Shown in pieces: positions 19,155 through 28,566 of a stretch of DNA of 32,000 nt. A program made the position numbers and the translations under genes. Each line of letters begins with the position of its first letter. Position 1 is the stretch's first letter. Source of the stretch: Cylindrospermopsis raciborskii Cr2010 (GTDB lineage Bacteria; Cyanobacteriota; Cyanobacteriia; Cyanobacteriales; Nostocaceae); contig NZ_CP065936.1 in the NCBI RefSeq assembly GCF_003367075.2, positions 1,890,001-1,922,000 on the forward strand, in the 5' to 3' direction. Under the pieces are notes generated by a model, which was not told the origin of the DNA, searched no databases, and saw nothing but the letters and a program-made list of their open reading frames with translations.

Positions 19155-20093
19155 ATGGAAAATCGTTTATTTGTTTTCTCACCCTGTGGCACAAGTTTGT
19201 TGACTAATCAAGCAGCTCAAGAAGAAAGAGCTTTAGTCACTAAATATGCTAATGCAAAACACATTGAAGAAATACCCCCAGAAGATAGCCTGAAACTGCG
19301 ATCGCTTGCCAAGAGAGTAGAAGAAAAACTAGCATCTGCTGATCTTGAGTTAGCAGGTAAGATGTCAGCGGAGCTAAATGGCATTATTAAACTTTATAAT
19401 GGTAAGTTAGAGAAAAAAGCAGACATTCACTATTTGCTTTGTACTGACACCTGGTTAGGGGAACAGACAGCAACCTTAGTAGAACAATGGTTAAGAGAAA
19501 AAGGTTTTATAGTTGATAAAAACCGACAGAAGGATCTGCAAACAAAAGATATTGAGTCCTTTCAAGTTGCCTTATCAGATATAGTAGAGTTTTTTGAAAA
19601 AACCATACCTGGTTATAGAGATTCTCAACATAAGATTATATTTAACTTAACTGGAGGATTCAAGAGTGTGCAGGGATTTTTACAAACCCTAGCCACATTT
19701 TATGCAGATGAGACAATTTATATATTTGAAACAGCCAAAGACCTGTTGTGCATACCAAGATTGCCAGTGAAAATGGTAGTAGAAGACAGCGTACGCGACC
19801 ATCTTCAAGTTTTTCGTAGACTAGCAAATGAAATGAAAACTGCTGACGTTAGTGGTGTACCAGAAACCCTATTAATGCGGATAGGAGATGAAGTTTCTTT
19901 ATCTCCCTGGGGAGATTTAGTGTGGGGAAGAACAAAGAAAGAGATTTATGGGGAGAGATTGCATCCTTCACCCAGTGAAAAGGTAAGTTATGGACCTAAG
20001 TTTGAGAATAGTCTGAGGGGAATATCAGCAGATAGATTAGTATTAATTAACGAAAGAATAGACCAGTTAGCAAAGAATTTAGGCGTTGCATAA
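19155..20093 (+). CDS. CARF-domain CRISPR-associated protein (TIGR02619/APE2256-like) with a truncated C-terminal RelE-like domain; stop codon supplied by an IS1-like element
   Basis: 312 aa; N-term LFVFSPCGTSLLTNQA, NLTGGFKSVQGFLQTLATFYADETIYIFE; C-term KVSYGPKFENSLRGISADRLVLINERIDQLAKNLGVA* where GVA-stop is the IS left end. Confidence 0.75.
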   Translation: MENRLFVFSPCGTSLLTNQAAQEERALVTKYANAKHIEEIPPEDSLKLRSLAKRVEEKLASADLELAGKMSAELNGIIKLYNGKLEKKADIHYLLCTDTWLGEQTATLVEQWLREKGFIVDKNRQKDLQTKDIESFQVALSDIVEFFEKTIPGYRDSQHKIIFNLTGGFKSVQGFLQTLATFYADETIYIFETAKDLLCIPRLPVKMVVEDSVRDHLQVFRRLANEMKTADVSGVPETLLMRIGDEVSLSPWGDLVWGRTKKEIYGERLHPSPSEKVSYGPKFENSLRGISADRLVLINERIDQLAKNLGVA

Positions 20094-20837
20094 TAGAGGT
20101 ATGAATTGAGGTAATCTACTGTGCATTGTCCAAACTGCGGGTCTTCCAAAATCAGAAAGAATGGCAAACGTCGAGGTAAACAAAATCACATTTGTGTTGA
20201 TTGTGGTCGTCAATTTATCGATGTCTATAGTCCACCTAAAGGCTATTCAGAAGAAGTTAAACAAAGTTGCCTGCGCTCTTATGTTAACGGTATGGGATTT
20301 AGAGCAATTGAACGCGATAAAGGCGTTCATCATACAACTATTATTTACTGGCTAAAACAAATTGGTTCCATACTTCCAGATGCTCCACCAGTTGAGGAAA
20401 CACCCTTGGTAGGTGAGCTTGATGAGTTGGAGACCTTTGTGGGATCAAAAAAAAACAAAATATGGTTGTGGACAGCAGTAAATCACTTCCGTAAAAATAT
20501 CCTGGCTTGGGTTGTGGGAGACCACAGCTCACAAGCATTTCAACCTTTGTGGGACATCGTTAAACTCTGGCAATGCTTTTTTTATGTTACTGATGGGTGG
20601 AGGGTTTATCCGAGTTTTATTCAGCCAGAGGATCATATTGTGAGCAAAACATATATGACTAGGGTAGAGGGTGAAAATACACGTTTACGTCACTACTTAG
20701 CGCGACTACATAGAAAAACGCTATGCTATTCAAAATCTGTAGATATGCTTAGGTATTCAATTAAATTATTACTTCACTATTTAAAGTATGAAGTAATACC
20801 CGCGTTTAGTTGATTCATCCCGCAAATATGCAACGCC
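20082..20837 (+). mobile_element. IS1-family-like insertion sequence, about 756 bp
   Basis: Left end GGCGTTGCATAATAGAGGTATGAAT; right end (reverse complement) GGCGTTGCATATTTGCGGGATGAAT; encloses a single transposase ORF. No obvious target-site duplication. Confidence 0.8.
20121..20813 (+). CDS. IS1 family transposase
   Basis: 230 aa; N-terminal zinc-binding CPNCGSSKIRKNGKRRGKQNHICVDCGRQF; LDELETF, VTDGW, MTRVEGENTRLRHYLARLHRKTLCYSKS. Confidence 0.93.
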   Translation: MHCPNCGSSKIRKNGKRRGKQNHICVDCGRQFIDVYSPPKGYSEEVKQSCLRSYVNGMGFRAIERDKGVHHTTIIYWLKQIGSILPDAPPVEETPLVGELDELETFVGSKKNKIWLWTAVNHFRKNILAWVVGDHSSQAFQPLWDIVKLWQCFFYVTDGWRVYPSFIQPEDHIVSKTYMTRVEGENTRLRHYLARLHRKTLCYSKSVDMLRYSIKLLLHYLKYEVIPAFS

Positions 20838-20980
20838 CTCTCAAATTCTACTCCGTAGGTGGAACAATGCAGTAGAAAATCATCAACAATTAAATCCCCT
20901 ACTATTGGAGACTATCTATGCTGAAGAACAGCGAGATAGCAAGGTTAAGCTTCTCCGGTCTAAAGACACGGAGATTTCTG
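20838..20980 (-). ncRNA. Candidate reRNA/omegaRNA (transposon right end) 3' of and overlapping the tnpB tail
   Basis: Minus-strand sequence 3' of tnpB carries a hairpin CTCCG-TGTCTTTAGAC-CGGAG at the position expected for a TnpB guide-RNA scaffold. Boundaries approximate. Confidence 0.4.
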
Positions 20981-22261
20981 AAGAGTCCATAAACGAACTT
21001 TCTGAGGCTGGCTTAAACAGCCTCTACTGATTCCGCTAAGATCAATTCCTAGCATCACCGCTACTTTTTTCAAAATATTAGCAGCACCATTACAGTCCGC
21101 ATTAATTTTGAACCCATCAGAAGTTTGATATACTCCGCGACTAACTCCTTTCCCGCTTGCTTCCCACCCTTCGGGTTTTTCACCGAATTTAGGTATATTG
21201 TCGCAATCAAAAAATGATGATTGAGAAGTGTATGATTCTTCTGTTTCAATAAAATCTATTCCGTATTGTTTACATAATTGAGCAATACGGTCTTTTAATC
21301 TTGCTGTGGGAATTTGCACAAACTTCTGATTGTTTTTAGACCCCAAATCAATACTATCTTTTTGTCCTTTATTCCATCCAAAAACAATAGCACCAATCTT
21401 ATTTTCAATACAGTGGTTAACGACTATTCTTGCAGCTTTGTTAACTGCATCACGCATTTGTCGGTTTCTTTTTTCGGTAATAGCAGCTAATCTGTTAGAC
21501 CAAAAACCTTGCGGTTTATCACTTTTAAGTTTAGCTACTGATTTGTTGTACCACTGATTTAAACTTTTTAAATGAAGTCCATCAACAATAAATGATGTTC
21601 CCAGATTAGAAACACAAGTTAACCAGTTATTTAACCCGTGGTCAATCCCTAAAACATTATTTCTATCAACATCAGATTTTATTTCAGCTACCTGATAGAC
21701 AAATTATGCATAAAATTGTCTATTTCTAGGTAAAATCCGTACTTCTCTGATTGATTTGAAGTCAAGGTTAGATGGCATTGGTAGACAAAAAGAATCTATC
21801 CCAAACCATGCCTTAACTTTTGTTCCCAAAGGAAACCTAATCATCCCATCAATTAACTTTAATGACCTGCCCGTAAAAGTAGCTACAGTCATAACACTTT
21901 TACAGTAATTAGGTAATTTTGGTTTTTGGGAAACTTCGCCCTTTTTTGCAGCTTTTACTAGCCCAATGTACGATTTAAAGGATTCAGCTACACTGGTTAG
22001 TATTTGTTGAGAAGTATCAGAATACAATGCCTGATAACGAACGTTTTTCTGATAAGTTCCTAGTTGTTTATGCAAATCTGCTCTACTAGGAATATAACCC
22101 GTTTTAAAGTACATCTGCCTAGAATAGTAAACGCCACAATTTGTCAGCTTTTTAGCTTCTGTGCAGACGTACTCCAGTATCGCTGTTATTGATTTATCGG
22201 ACTTGATAAGAACTTGTTGGCATCCGTACATTGTTCGACCTTCAATGTTTGTTGATTTCAA
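20960..22261 (-). pseudogene. tnpB: IS200/IS605-type tnpB (RNA-guided nuclease family), interrupted by one in-frame stop
   Basis: ORFs 21704-22261 and 20960-21457 are in the same frame; between them ...RNRQFYA*FVYQVAEIKSDVDRNNVLGIDHGLNNWLTCVSNLGTSFIVDGLHLKSLNQWYN... in-frame TAA at 21704-21706; C-term DGFKINADCNGAANILKKV. Confidence 0.87.
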
Positions 22262-22360
22262 AAGTATAGTTGAGATATGATTTACTTGTCAATAGCAGCC
22301 ACGAAACAACATGAAGACAGCACTGGAATATTGAAGATCCGCATCACGGTTAAATATCAA

Positions 22361-22415
22361 GGCGAATAAATTCGCCGTTGGCACTTCCTGTCTAAAGCCA
22401 AGTGGCTTCCGTGCC
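22361..22415. other. Hairpin cluster upstream of tnpB, possible IS200/IS605 left-end structure
   Basis: GGCGAA-TAAA-TTCGCC (22361-22376) then GGCAC (22380-22384)...GTGCC (22411-22415) enclosing GCCAAGTGGC. Confidence 0.35.
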
Positions 22416-22613
22416 GGCGATTTTCTTGTGAGGCTAAGAGAGATATTGAGTTCAGTTCTACCAGAAACGCTAGAGTTGCTACATTCTGGTGAAAAGTTAG
22501 TAGAGATCAGTGGGATGGCATAACAACCCCAATGCAGCAGTTGACGACTTTTATAGACATTGAGGTCGAGTGTTAGGGCAGGAATACACCTCTACAAATG
22601 GAACATTTACTTT

Positions 22614-24167
22614 TCAAGTGTATAAGCAAGTGGATTCATAGTTCTCTAATTCCCTAACTATCTCCTCGTGGACTTGATACATAATACTTGCATCTTCCAG
22701 AGAATTAAATTTCTCATCTGTAATGAAGTTTAAACAGCATAGAACTCTTTTCTCCCAATGATCTTTTGTTGTTTTTTTCCAAGCCTTGAAGACTTCTTCT
22801 TCAGATAATCCAAGTATGTTGTGAAATATTTTATTTCTTTCGGTTTTTGTAACTTCGTAAAATTTTTTCATATCGTCATTCTTATTTATTTCTAATTCTT
22901 TGATTATCTTGAATAAATCTTTCCACCGATCAACTTTAAGTGTATTTGATCGATTAAAAAATTTATTGTTAACTTTTTCTTGAAGACTACGTTCCAATTC
23001 ATTGATCATCGTTTCACAAATTGCTTTATTAGCATAATCGTCTTTGTTGGTAATGTGCTGATGATATTTGTCTTCAATCCAGTTAATGATTAATCCTTCC
23101 ACAGATCTGAAACTGTGAAATAGTGCTTCCACACTGTTTCCTTGCTCTATTCTTACCACAGCTAAATAGGCAGCTTCATATGCTGGCCACCAGTAATATT
23201 TCAATCGCTCTTCTGCTGTTTTCTCAAACTTTGGTAGCTTTTTTAATTCCTCAATAAAACCTTCGGCTTTAGAAGTATTTGATTTAACTTTGAATTCAGA
23301 AGTATTCCACTTAATAGCTGCATTTAATAAATTTTTAATGTTATCCATTTTCTCATCCTGGTTATTAGGATCGTCTAATAAATCATCTTTTAACAAATCC
23401 AGGACACCTGAATAATCAAAACGTTTCAGTAAGATTTTTGCCTCTTGCAGTTTAAGTCCCCGCAAATAATTGGAAGTATTTATGATTTTTGTACTTTCAC
23501 TTTTGTATTCATTGGAAACCAAAAATTTCACTTTTTTACCGAATCTTGATAAGCTGAGAAATTGAATTGCAGATGAAATAGCAGGTGTACCAGCTTGATG
23601 ACTTACATATATATTATTCAAATCTTGATCTTTCATTAGTCCGAGTATACTTGAAGAATTAAATAGTTCTTTCATGATCAGCTTGGGCACTTGATCCCAG
23701 CTATCTAAACTTTCTGATTCTGATTTTGGTTGAATTGTGACATAATTAATCTCTGACTGAGGAAATTTACTTTTCAAATATTTCTCGATTATTGGTTTCA
23801 AAGTACAAGTATCTTTCCAGTATGGGCTATCTAAACCAGGATCGCCGTCCTCGCAATTCTCCCTAATAAATCTCTGATCTGTCAAAATAACAATTATTTG
23901 ATTAATATCCTTTTTTTCTTGTTCTAATTTTTGAGAAAAATTATCCAGTAATGGAAAACATAGGTGTTCATGTATGGAATAACCTAATTTTTCGCCAATA
24001 GCCATTCCCATAGCTCTTGCTGGAACTAAAAACATATCTTTTTCTTTATCTTCTTCCCCAAATTCATGAGGAAGTTTTTTGGATAGTTCATTCCATCGAC
24101 ATATTCCAGAAATTTTGAGTTGAACATCACTGTTACCGGTTGTCAAGATCCAAATATTACTACTCAT
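22614..24167 (-). CDS. CARF-HEPN type III ancillary RNase (Csm6/Csx1-like)
   Basis: 517 aa; N-term NIWILTTGNSDVQL; NIYVSHQAGTPAISSAIQFLS (CARF-type); C-terminal TERNKIFHN = Rx4H HEPN motif (R444, H449). Confidence 0.82.
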   Translation of the reverse strand: MSSNIWILTTGNSDVQLKISGICRWNELSKKLPHEFGEEDKEKDMFLVPARAMGMAIGEKLGYSIHEHLCFPLLDNFSQKLEQEKKDINQIIVILTDQRFIRENCEDGDPGLDSPYWKDTCTLKPIIEKYLKSKFPQSEINYVTIQPKSESESLDSWDQVPKLIMKELFNSSSILGLMKDQDLNNIYVSHQAGTPAISSAIQFLSLSRFGKKVKFLVSNEYKSESTKIINTSNYLRGLKLQEAKILLKRFDYSGVLDLLKDDLLDDPNNQDEKMDNIKNLLNAAIKWNTSEFKVKSNTSKAEGFIEELKKLPKFEKTAEERLKYYWWPAYEAAYLAVVRIEQGNSVEALFHSFRSVEGLIINWIEDKYHQHITNKDDYANKAICETMINELERSLQEKVNNKFFNRSNTLKVDRWKDLFKIIKELEINKNDDMKKFYEVTKTERNKIFHNILGLSEEEVFKAWKKTTKDHWEKRVLCCLNFITDEKFNSLEDASIMYQVHEEIVRELENYESTCLYT

Positions 24168-24275
24168 AAGCTTCAGTCCTCTCCTATTCTGTATTCCAAC
24201 CTGTTGTTTTTTTATCTACTGATTACCAACTGTACGTCAAAAGTAAGTAAAAAATGTCTCCCCTACTATAGCACT

Positions 24276-26078
24276 TTAACTGCCCCAAAGTTTTTCAAAA
24301 GTGTTATCATTTTCTAACAATTTGAAGAATTCTGTTTTCAGATCTGGGTTATCTGGAGCAAATATGGTTAATATTTCTACGTATCTACACTTTGTTTGTT
24401 TACAATCATGTACTATTTTATCGTTCCGTATAGTAGTATATAGAGGATACATTCTGTGCCAAATTTGACTGATTTTTCTCTTTCCAGAATCAACATATCC
24501 GGTTAAATCTGTTCTTTTGATATTATCTCGATGAAACCATTCAATGGCTCTACTATCTTCTCGACCTTCTGCTATTCTTGCCCATACCTGTACATTTTTT
24601 GGGTGCCAAGATTCTCGCCATGTTTCTACATATGGACCTGTGGTTCCGGATTTAATATATTGAGGAAAGTATCCTCTTACTGTATCTGGAAGATCGGATA
24701 AAAATTTCTTTATATTATTCAATTTTCCATCGTTTACTGTAATGCAATATTCTTCCAATTGAAATGATTTTTGAAAAATCCAATGGCAACCAATTAGTAT
24801 ATCTTTCCTATATGCTGGATAAAAGAGTTTATGATCTGATCTGCGCCATGATCTACCAAAACCACCTAGCAGCATGGAGAACTTAATTAGTAAAGCTAGA
24901 AATTGCCGTTCATTTTCTGAACAGCGACCAGCTAAAGTTGAATTAGTATTACTAATTTCTAGTAAACCTTCTAAATCATATCTAATTTCTTGATCAATAT
25001 CATATTTAAAATTCACATCATATTTAAAACTAACACCAAATTTACCAACAGTTGAACCTTTTTTATGAATGTCTGAAGTAATCCCACCCCATAATTCTTC
25101 ACTTATCTTTTGCACTGTGTATTCGTCAGTTAACCCTGCTAATAATCGTAAAGTATGACCTCTTAATGTCGCTTTAAACATATTAGGACGAAATTCCGAA
25201 GAGGCGTTTTGATTTAATAACCTAGAATTTATTCCTTTTCCTTTTAAACCGACCGATATAACAACTTTATTATCAGTCAAAAATACTGTTTCCGAATTTT
25301 GAGAATTTTGAGAATTTTTAAATTTACCGTATCCAGCACTGGTTCTAGAACCAATTCCGTTCGATAAAGCATGTTCCCAAATTCTTTGAACTAACTCCCA
25401 GTCTAAATCATTTGAATGGTTATATTTAATTTCTGAAATACCAAATATAAAAGTTGTGCGGTACAGTGAAATTTGCAAATTAGCTTTAGTTTTTATGTCA
25501 TCATACATAACCTGAAATTTTTGTTGACTGTGAATAATATCAAGCAAGCGATCACTATTTGCCCAGGACATATCTACAGGATAGCCCCCATGAAAACGTA
25601 AAATTCCTGGCTTTGTTGTTTTTCCGCCAACACATTTTTCTTCCCCACCACAATAATCTAATACTTTGTCTGGTTCAATCTCTAAACAAGCTCTCAAAAA
25701 AGCTCCCTTCATACTAGTTCCTGTGTAGTAAGGTACACCTTTTGCACCGATAACAGGTCGAATTATTCCGTCGTCTTGTCCTGAATTTGTAACTAAACGC
25801 CAAATTAGTGTATATTCCCACGTATGGACATTTTGTCCAAACTTAGGTATTCTTATTGTTGATGGCTTCTGTTTCCATTTCGGCAAGACTTCATCTGATT
25901 TATTAGGTATGGGGGGACATCCTTTGAACCACTCCTCTATCCACTGTTTTGCTGCTGATTTATTTCCAGCATATTGAATCATTCCCCTATCTTTAATTTG
26001 AGCTTGATACATTAATGGTACTGAATTATGACTCATTTTTTTGTCCTCACCTATAACTTCTCTCAATTTTTTAGCCAC
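24276..26078 (-). CDS. Type III-B large RAMP protein, module 2: Cmr6-like plus Cmr1-like regions
   Basis: 600 aa; VPYYTGTSMKGAFLRACLE, GILRFHGGYP, GIGSRTSAGYG, EFRPNMFKATLRGHTLRLLAGL, LLGGFGRSWRR. Confidence 0.8.
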   Translation of the reverse strand: MAKKLREVIGEDKKMSHNSVPLMYQAQIKDRGMIQYAGNKSAAKQWIEEWFKGCPPIPNKSDEVLPKWKQKPSTIRIPKFGQNVHTWEYTLIWRLVTNSGQDDGIIRPVIGAKGVPYYTGTSMKGAFLRACLEIEPDKVLDYCGGEEKCVGGKTTKPGILRFHGGYPVDMSWANSDRLLDIIHSQQKFQVMYDDIKTKANLQISLYRTTFIFGISEIKYNHSNDLDWELVQRIWEHALSNGIGSRTSAGYGKFKNSQNSQNSETVFLTDNKVVISVGLKGKGINSRLLNQNASSEFRPNMFKATLRGHTLRLLAGLTDEYTVQKISEELWGGITSDIHKKGSTVGKFGVSFKYDVNFKYDIDQEIRYDLEGLLEISNTNSTLAGRCSENERQFLALLIKFSMLLGGFGRSWRRSDHKLFYPAYRKDILIGCHWIFQKSFQLEEYCITVNDGKLNNIKKFLSDLPDTVRGYFPQYIKSGTTGPYVETWRESWHPKNVQVWARIAEGREDSRAIEWFHRDNIKRTDLTGYVDSGKRKISQIWHRMYPLYTTIRNDKIVHDCKQTKCRYVEILTIFAPDNPDLKTEFFKLLENDNTFEKLWGS

Positions 26079-26120
26079 CTAAACTATCTAAATTACCTTT
26101 GCTGTAATAATTTGGTTCAT

Positions 26121-26513
26121 TCAATTCTCTTGATCAGTTTCGTTACTTGCTGTAGGTTTGTATCTTTGTGTCCACCAAACCATATAATCACATAGTTGTG
26201 TTAGTATTGAAAGTGTAACTTTTCGATACGCTAAAGGAAATTTTTGTGAATCCCATAAATCTTCCGGTGTTCGAGGTACTTGGATACTAGCTTGATGCAT
26301 AGTTATGACCAATTTGTCCCAAGTATCTGCCCAATATTGAGATTTCTTATTATTTTTATCTTCTTTTAATCGCAATTGTTCACCCCAGAACCTTTCTAAA
26401 CCATAGTGAACCGTAGAGCGCATTTTGTAAACTTGCTTTGATGCTTCATCATCTTTATATTTTTTGACTAATTCGTGAGCAATCTTGTCTAGATTAAAAT
26501 CTTCCCAGGACAT
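26121..26513 (-). CDS. cmr5: Type III-B small subunit (Cmr5/Cas11-like), module 2
   Basis: 130 aa; YKMRSTVHYGLERFWGEQLRL, LTQLCDYMVWWTQRYK, aligns by eye with the 5785-6213 product. Confidence 0.75.
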   Translation of the reverse strand: MSWEDFNLDKIAHELVKKYKDDEASKQVYKMRSTVHYGLERFWGEQLRLKEDKNNKKSQYWADTWDKLVITMHQASIQVPRTPEDLWDSQKFPLAYRKVTLSILTQLCDYMVWWTQRYKPTASNETDQEN

Positions 26514-26564
26514 ACTTACCTCGTAATATAACTAACTTTGTAAGATTATTAAATACTAACAGTT

Positions 26565-27440
26565 TTATTGGATAAATACTGTGACTTCACAGTACCCAAA
26601 ACCTACGGACTCCAAACCCCCAAAATAAATATTAGCCTTATTAATTCTAGGCTGATCTTGTTCATACTCTCCAGCAAAAGGTTTCCATGTTTCAGGTTTA
26701 TTTTGACCGTTCTTTTTAATACCAATAGGAAAAACTAAAAAGGTTTCCTCTGGTAATGCTTCAACTCCAAAAAAATTCTTACTACACTTTTGTTCCTTTT
26801 CTAAAGCAACACGACTTTGACGGTAGAGTGCCATATCATGAATCATAGAAATTTCATTGTCACGTACTATTATTGCTGGTAATTTTTCTTGATTCGGAAA
26901 CCAACAGTCATCTATATATTCGTTGTTCTTAATACTCAAAAAACCAAAATTGAAGAATAATTTGTTGTTTGGTAAAGGTACAAGGTTTTTGGATCTAGAA
27001 TATTCACTAGGTAGAGGTTTTTGCAATCCAGTGATTCTCTTGTAACGCTTCAACAAACGTGGACAGCTTACCCAAACAATTGGTTGACCTGGACAGAATA
27101 CAGGTAGCCAAATGATAGAAGCATAGTCAAACTTTACTAATGATTCAGTTATTCTACTGTAAATAGCAGAATCGTCTGTATTATTCTCATCATTACGCTC
27201 ATCTGTGTAAGTGAAATCATTTCCATACCATTTTTTTACCTCTGTTTCTTTTTTGTCTCCCGAGTGATTGTACCGCATTAAAGCTCGGAATCTACCACGA
27301 ATTGAGCTGCCAGGAATAATACCAGTTTGAGTAAATTGATCTCGAAAAATTAGGTTGATATTTCCCGTTTCTTCTCCCGCTGTTGCTCCTACATGTAATG
27401 GTGCTTCTGTTTTAATAATTCCATAACCCTGATGATACAT
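26565..27440 (-). CDS. cmr4: Type III-B RAMP protein Cmr4 (Cas7), module 2
   Basis: 291 aa; IIKTEAPLHVGATAGEETGNINLIFRDQFTQTGIIPGSSIRGRFR, GGLESVGFGYCEV. Confidence 0.88.
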   Translation of the reverse strand: MYHQGYGIIKTEAPLHVGATAGEETGNINLIFRDQFTQTGIIPGSSIRGRFRALMRYNHSGDKKETEVKKWYGNDFTYTDERNDENNTDDSAIYSRITESLVKFDYASIIWLPVFCPGQPIVWVSCPRLLKRYKRITGLQKPLPSEYSRSKNLVPLPNNKLFFNFGFLSIKNNEYIDDCWFPNQEKLPAIIVRDNEISMIHDMALYRQSRVALEKEQKCSKNFFGVEALPEETFLVFPIGIKKNGQNKPETWKPFAGEYEQDQPRINKANIYFGGLESVGFGYCEVTVFIQ

Positions 27441-27540
27441 AAACTAAATTCTCCTAATTTTATTATTTACTACTTGTCCACACGAATGAAATAGCATAAT
27501 CTGTTGAATCAATGAAAACTAGTTTTTTTCAACTCTAGTA

Positions 27541-28566
27541 TTATTCAACACCCTTAATTTTGATTGGTAAACATAAACCACATCCTAATTGTTTAAGAGA
27601 AAAGCCCTCAGTGGGGAACCATTCATTAGGAAACCCTGCTTCATTTTCGTCCCCCCACCAAGATTTATTTAAAGGCTCTTCAAATACATAAACACTCCCT
27701 GCTGGAACTGCGTAACGTCCTCTTCCTAATCTTCCTCCCCCTTTATTATCTCCCACTCGATAACGGTAAGGTGAAGGTCTATCCGTCAAAATATGGCTAG
27801 GTTTAGGAAAAGTTGTCTGATTTGGGTCTGGGTAGCGACGTGAAAACCGATTTGAACCCCAGACTCCCGGTGTGATCAGGGCAAAACTACGCTGAATTTT
27901 TTCTTTTAACAGACCTAATATCACGTGATTTGACAAATCCTGTGATTCAATTTCCACCAAATGACCCTCACCTCCAAAACAGTACCACCCCTTCGGTATT
28001 TCGTGAGTTGATAAATAAACTAAGCAAAATTCTTGATCATTTTGTATAGCATTTTCTAGAAATAATCCGCTTTCTTCAACACAACGCTCATTTTTAAGTA
28101 ACCTGGGATGTAGTATAGATACGTATCTCCATGGATCTCCTTTGCTCTGATTCATAATGTCTTTAACACGATTATACCGCCAATAATGAATATCATGCCA
28201 TTTACAATCAGGCTCCAAAGATTTTTGATCACGATACCACTTGTCATTTTTTATTTCCCACTCATCTGACTTATTGCTTTTTTGATTGATAATTTTTGTC
28301 CAAGGAATGGGGATGTAGAAGCGGTGTGGTTGGTCTGGTTTTGACCAAAAAGGTCCGGCCAGATGTAATTTCTTGAGTTCTTCATGCTCAATAAATGGGT
28401 TAGTCTTATTGGCTGCAAAGAACAAGCCAGACAAGGTATAAGCGTCTGGAGGAAACTTTGAACCAGAACGTCCTATCAGATTTTCTGATGATAAGAATGC
28501 TCCCGCACTGCCATATAAAAATCCTAAAGGGTTAATAATAATTAGATATTTGTACATATTTGCCAC
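27541..28566 (-). CDS. cmr3: Type III-B RAMP protein Cmr3 (Cas5), module 2
   Basis: 341 aa; YLIIINPLGFLYGSAGAFLSSENLIGRSGSKFPPDAYTLSGLFF, GGGRLGRGRYAVPAGSVYVFEEP. Confidence 0.85.
   Translation of the reverse strand: MANMYKYLIIINPLGFLYGSAGAFLSSENLIGRSGSKFPPDAYTLSGLFFAANKTNPFIEHEELKKLHLAGPFWSKPDQPHRFYIPIPWTKIINQKSNKSDEWEIKNDKWYRDQKSLEPDCKWHDIHYWRYNRVKDIMNQSKGDPWRYVSILHPRLLKNERCVEESGLFLENAIQNDQEFCLVYLSTHEIPKGWYCFGGEGHLVEIESQDLSNHVILGLLKEKIQRSFALITPGVWGSNRFSRRYPDPNQTTFPKPSHILTDRPSPYRYRVGDNKGGGRLGRGRYAVPAGSVYVFEEPLNKSWWGDENEAGFPNEWFPTEGFSLKQLGCGLCLPIKIKGVE

Noticed and set aside
20341-20538. Antisense and alternate-frame ORFs inside the IS1 transposase and tnpB (20161, 20341, 21330)
   Set aside because: Overlap confidently assigned transposon genes; no independent support.
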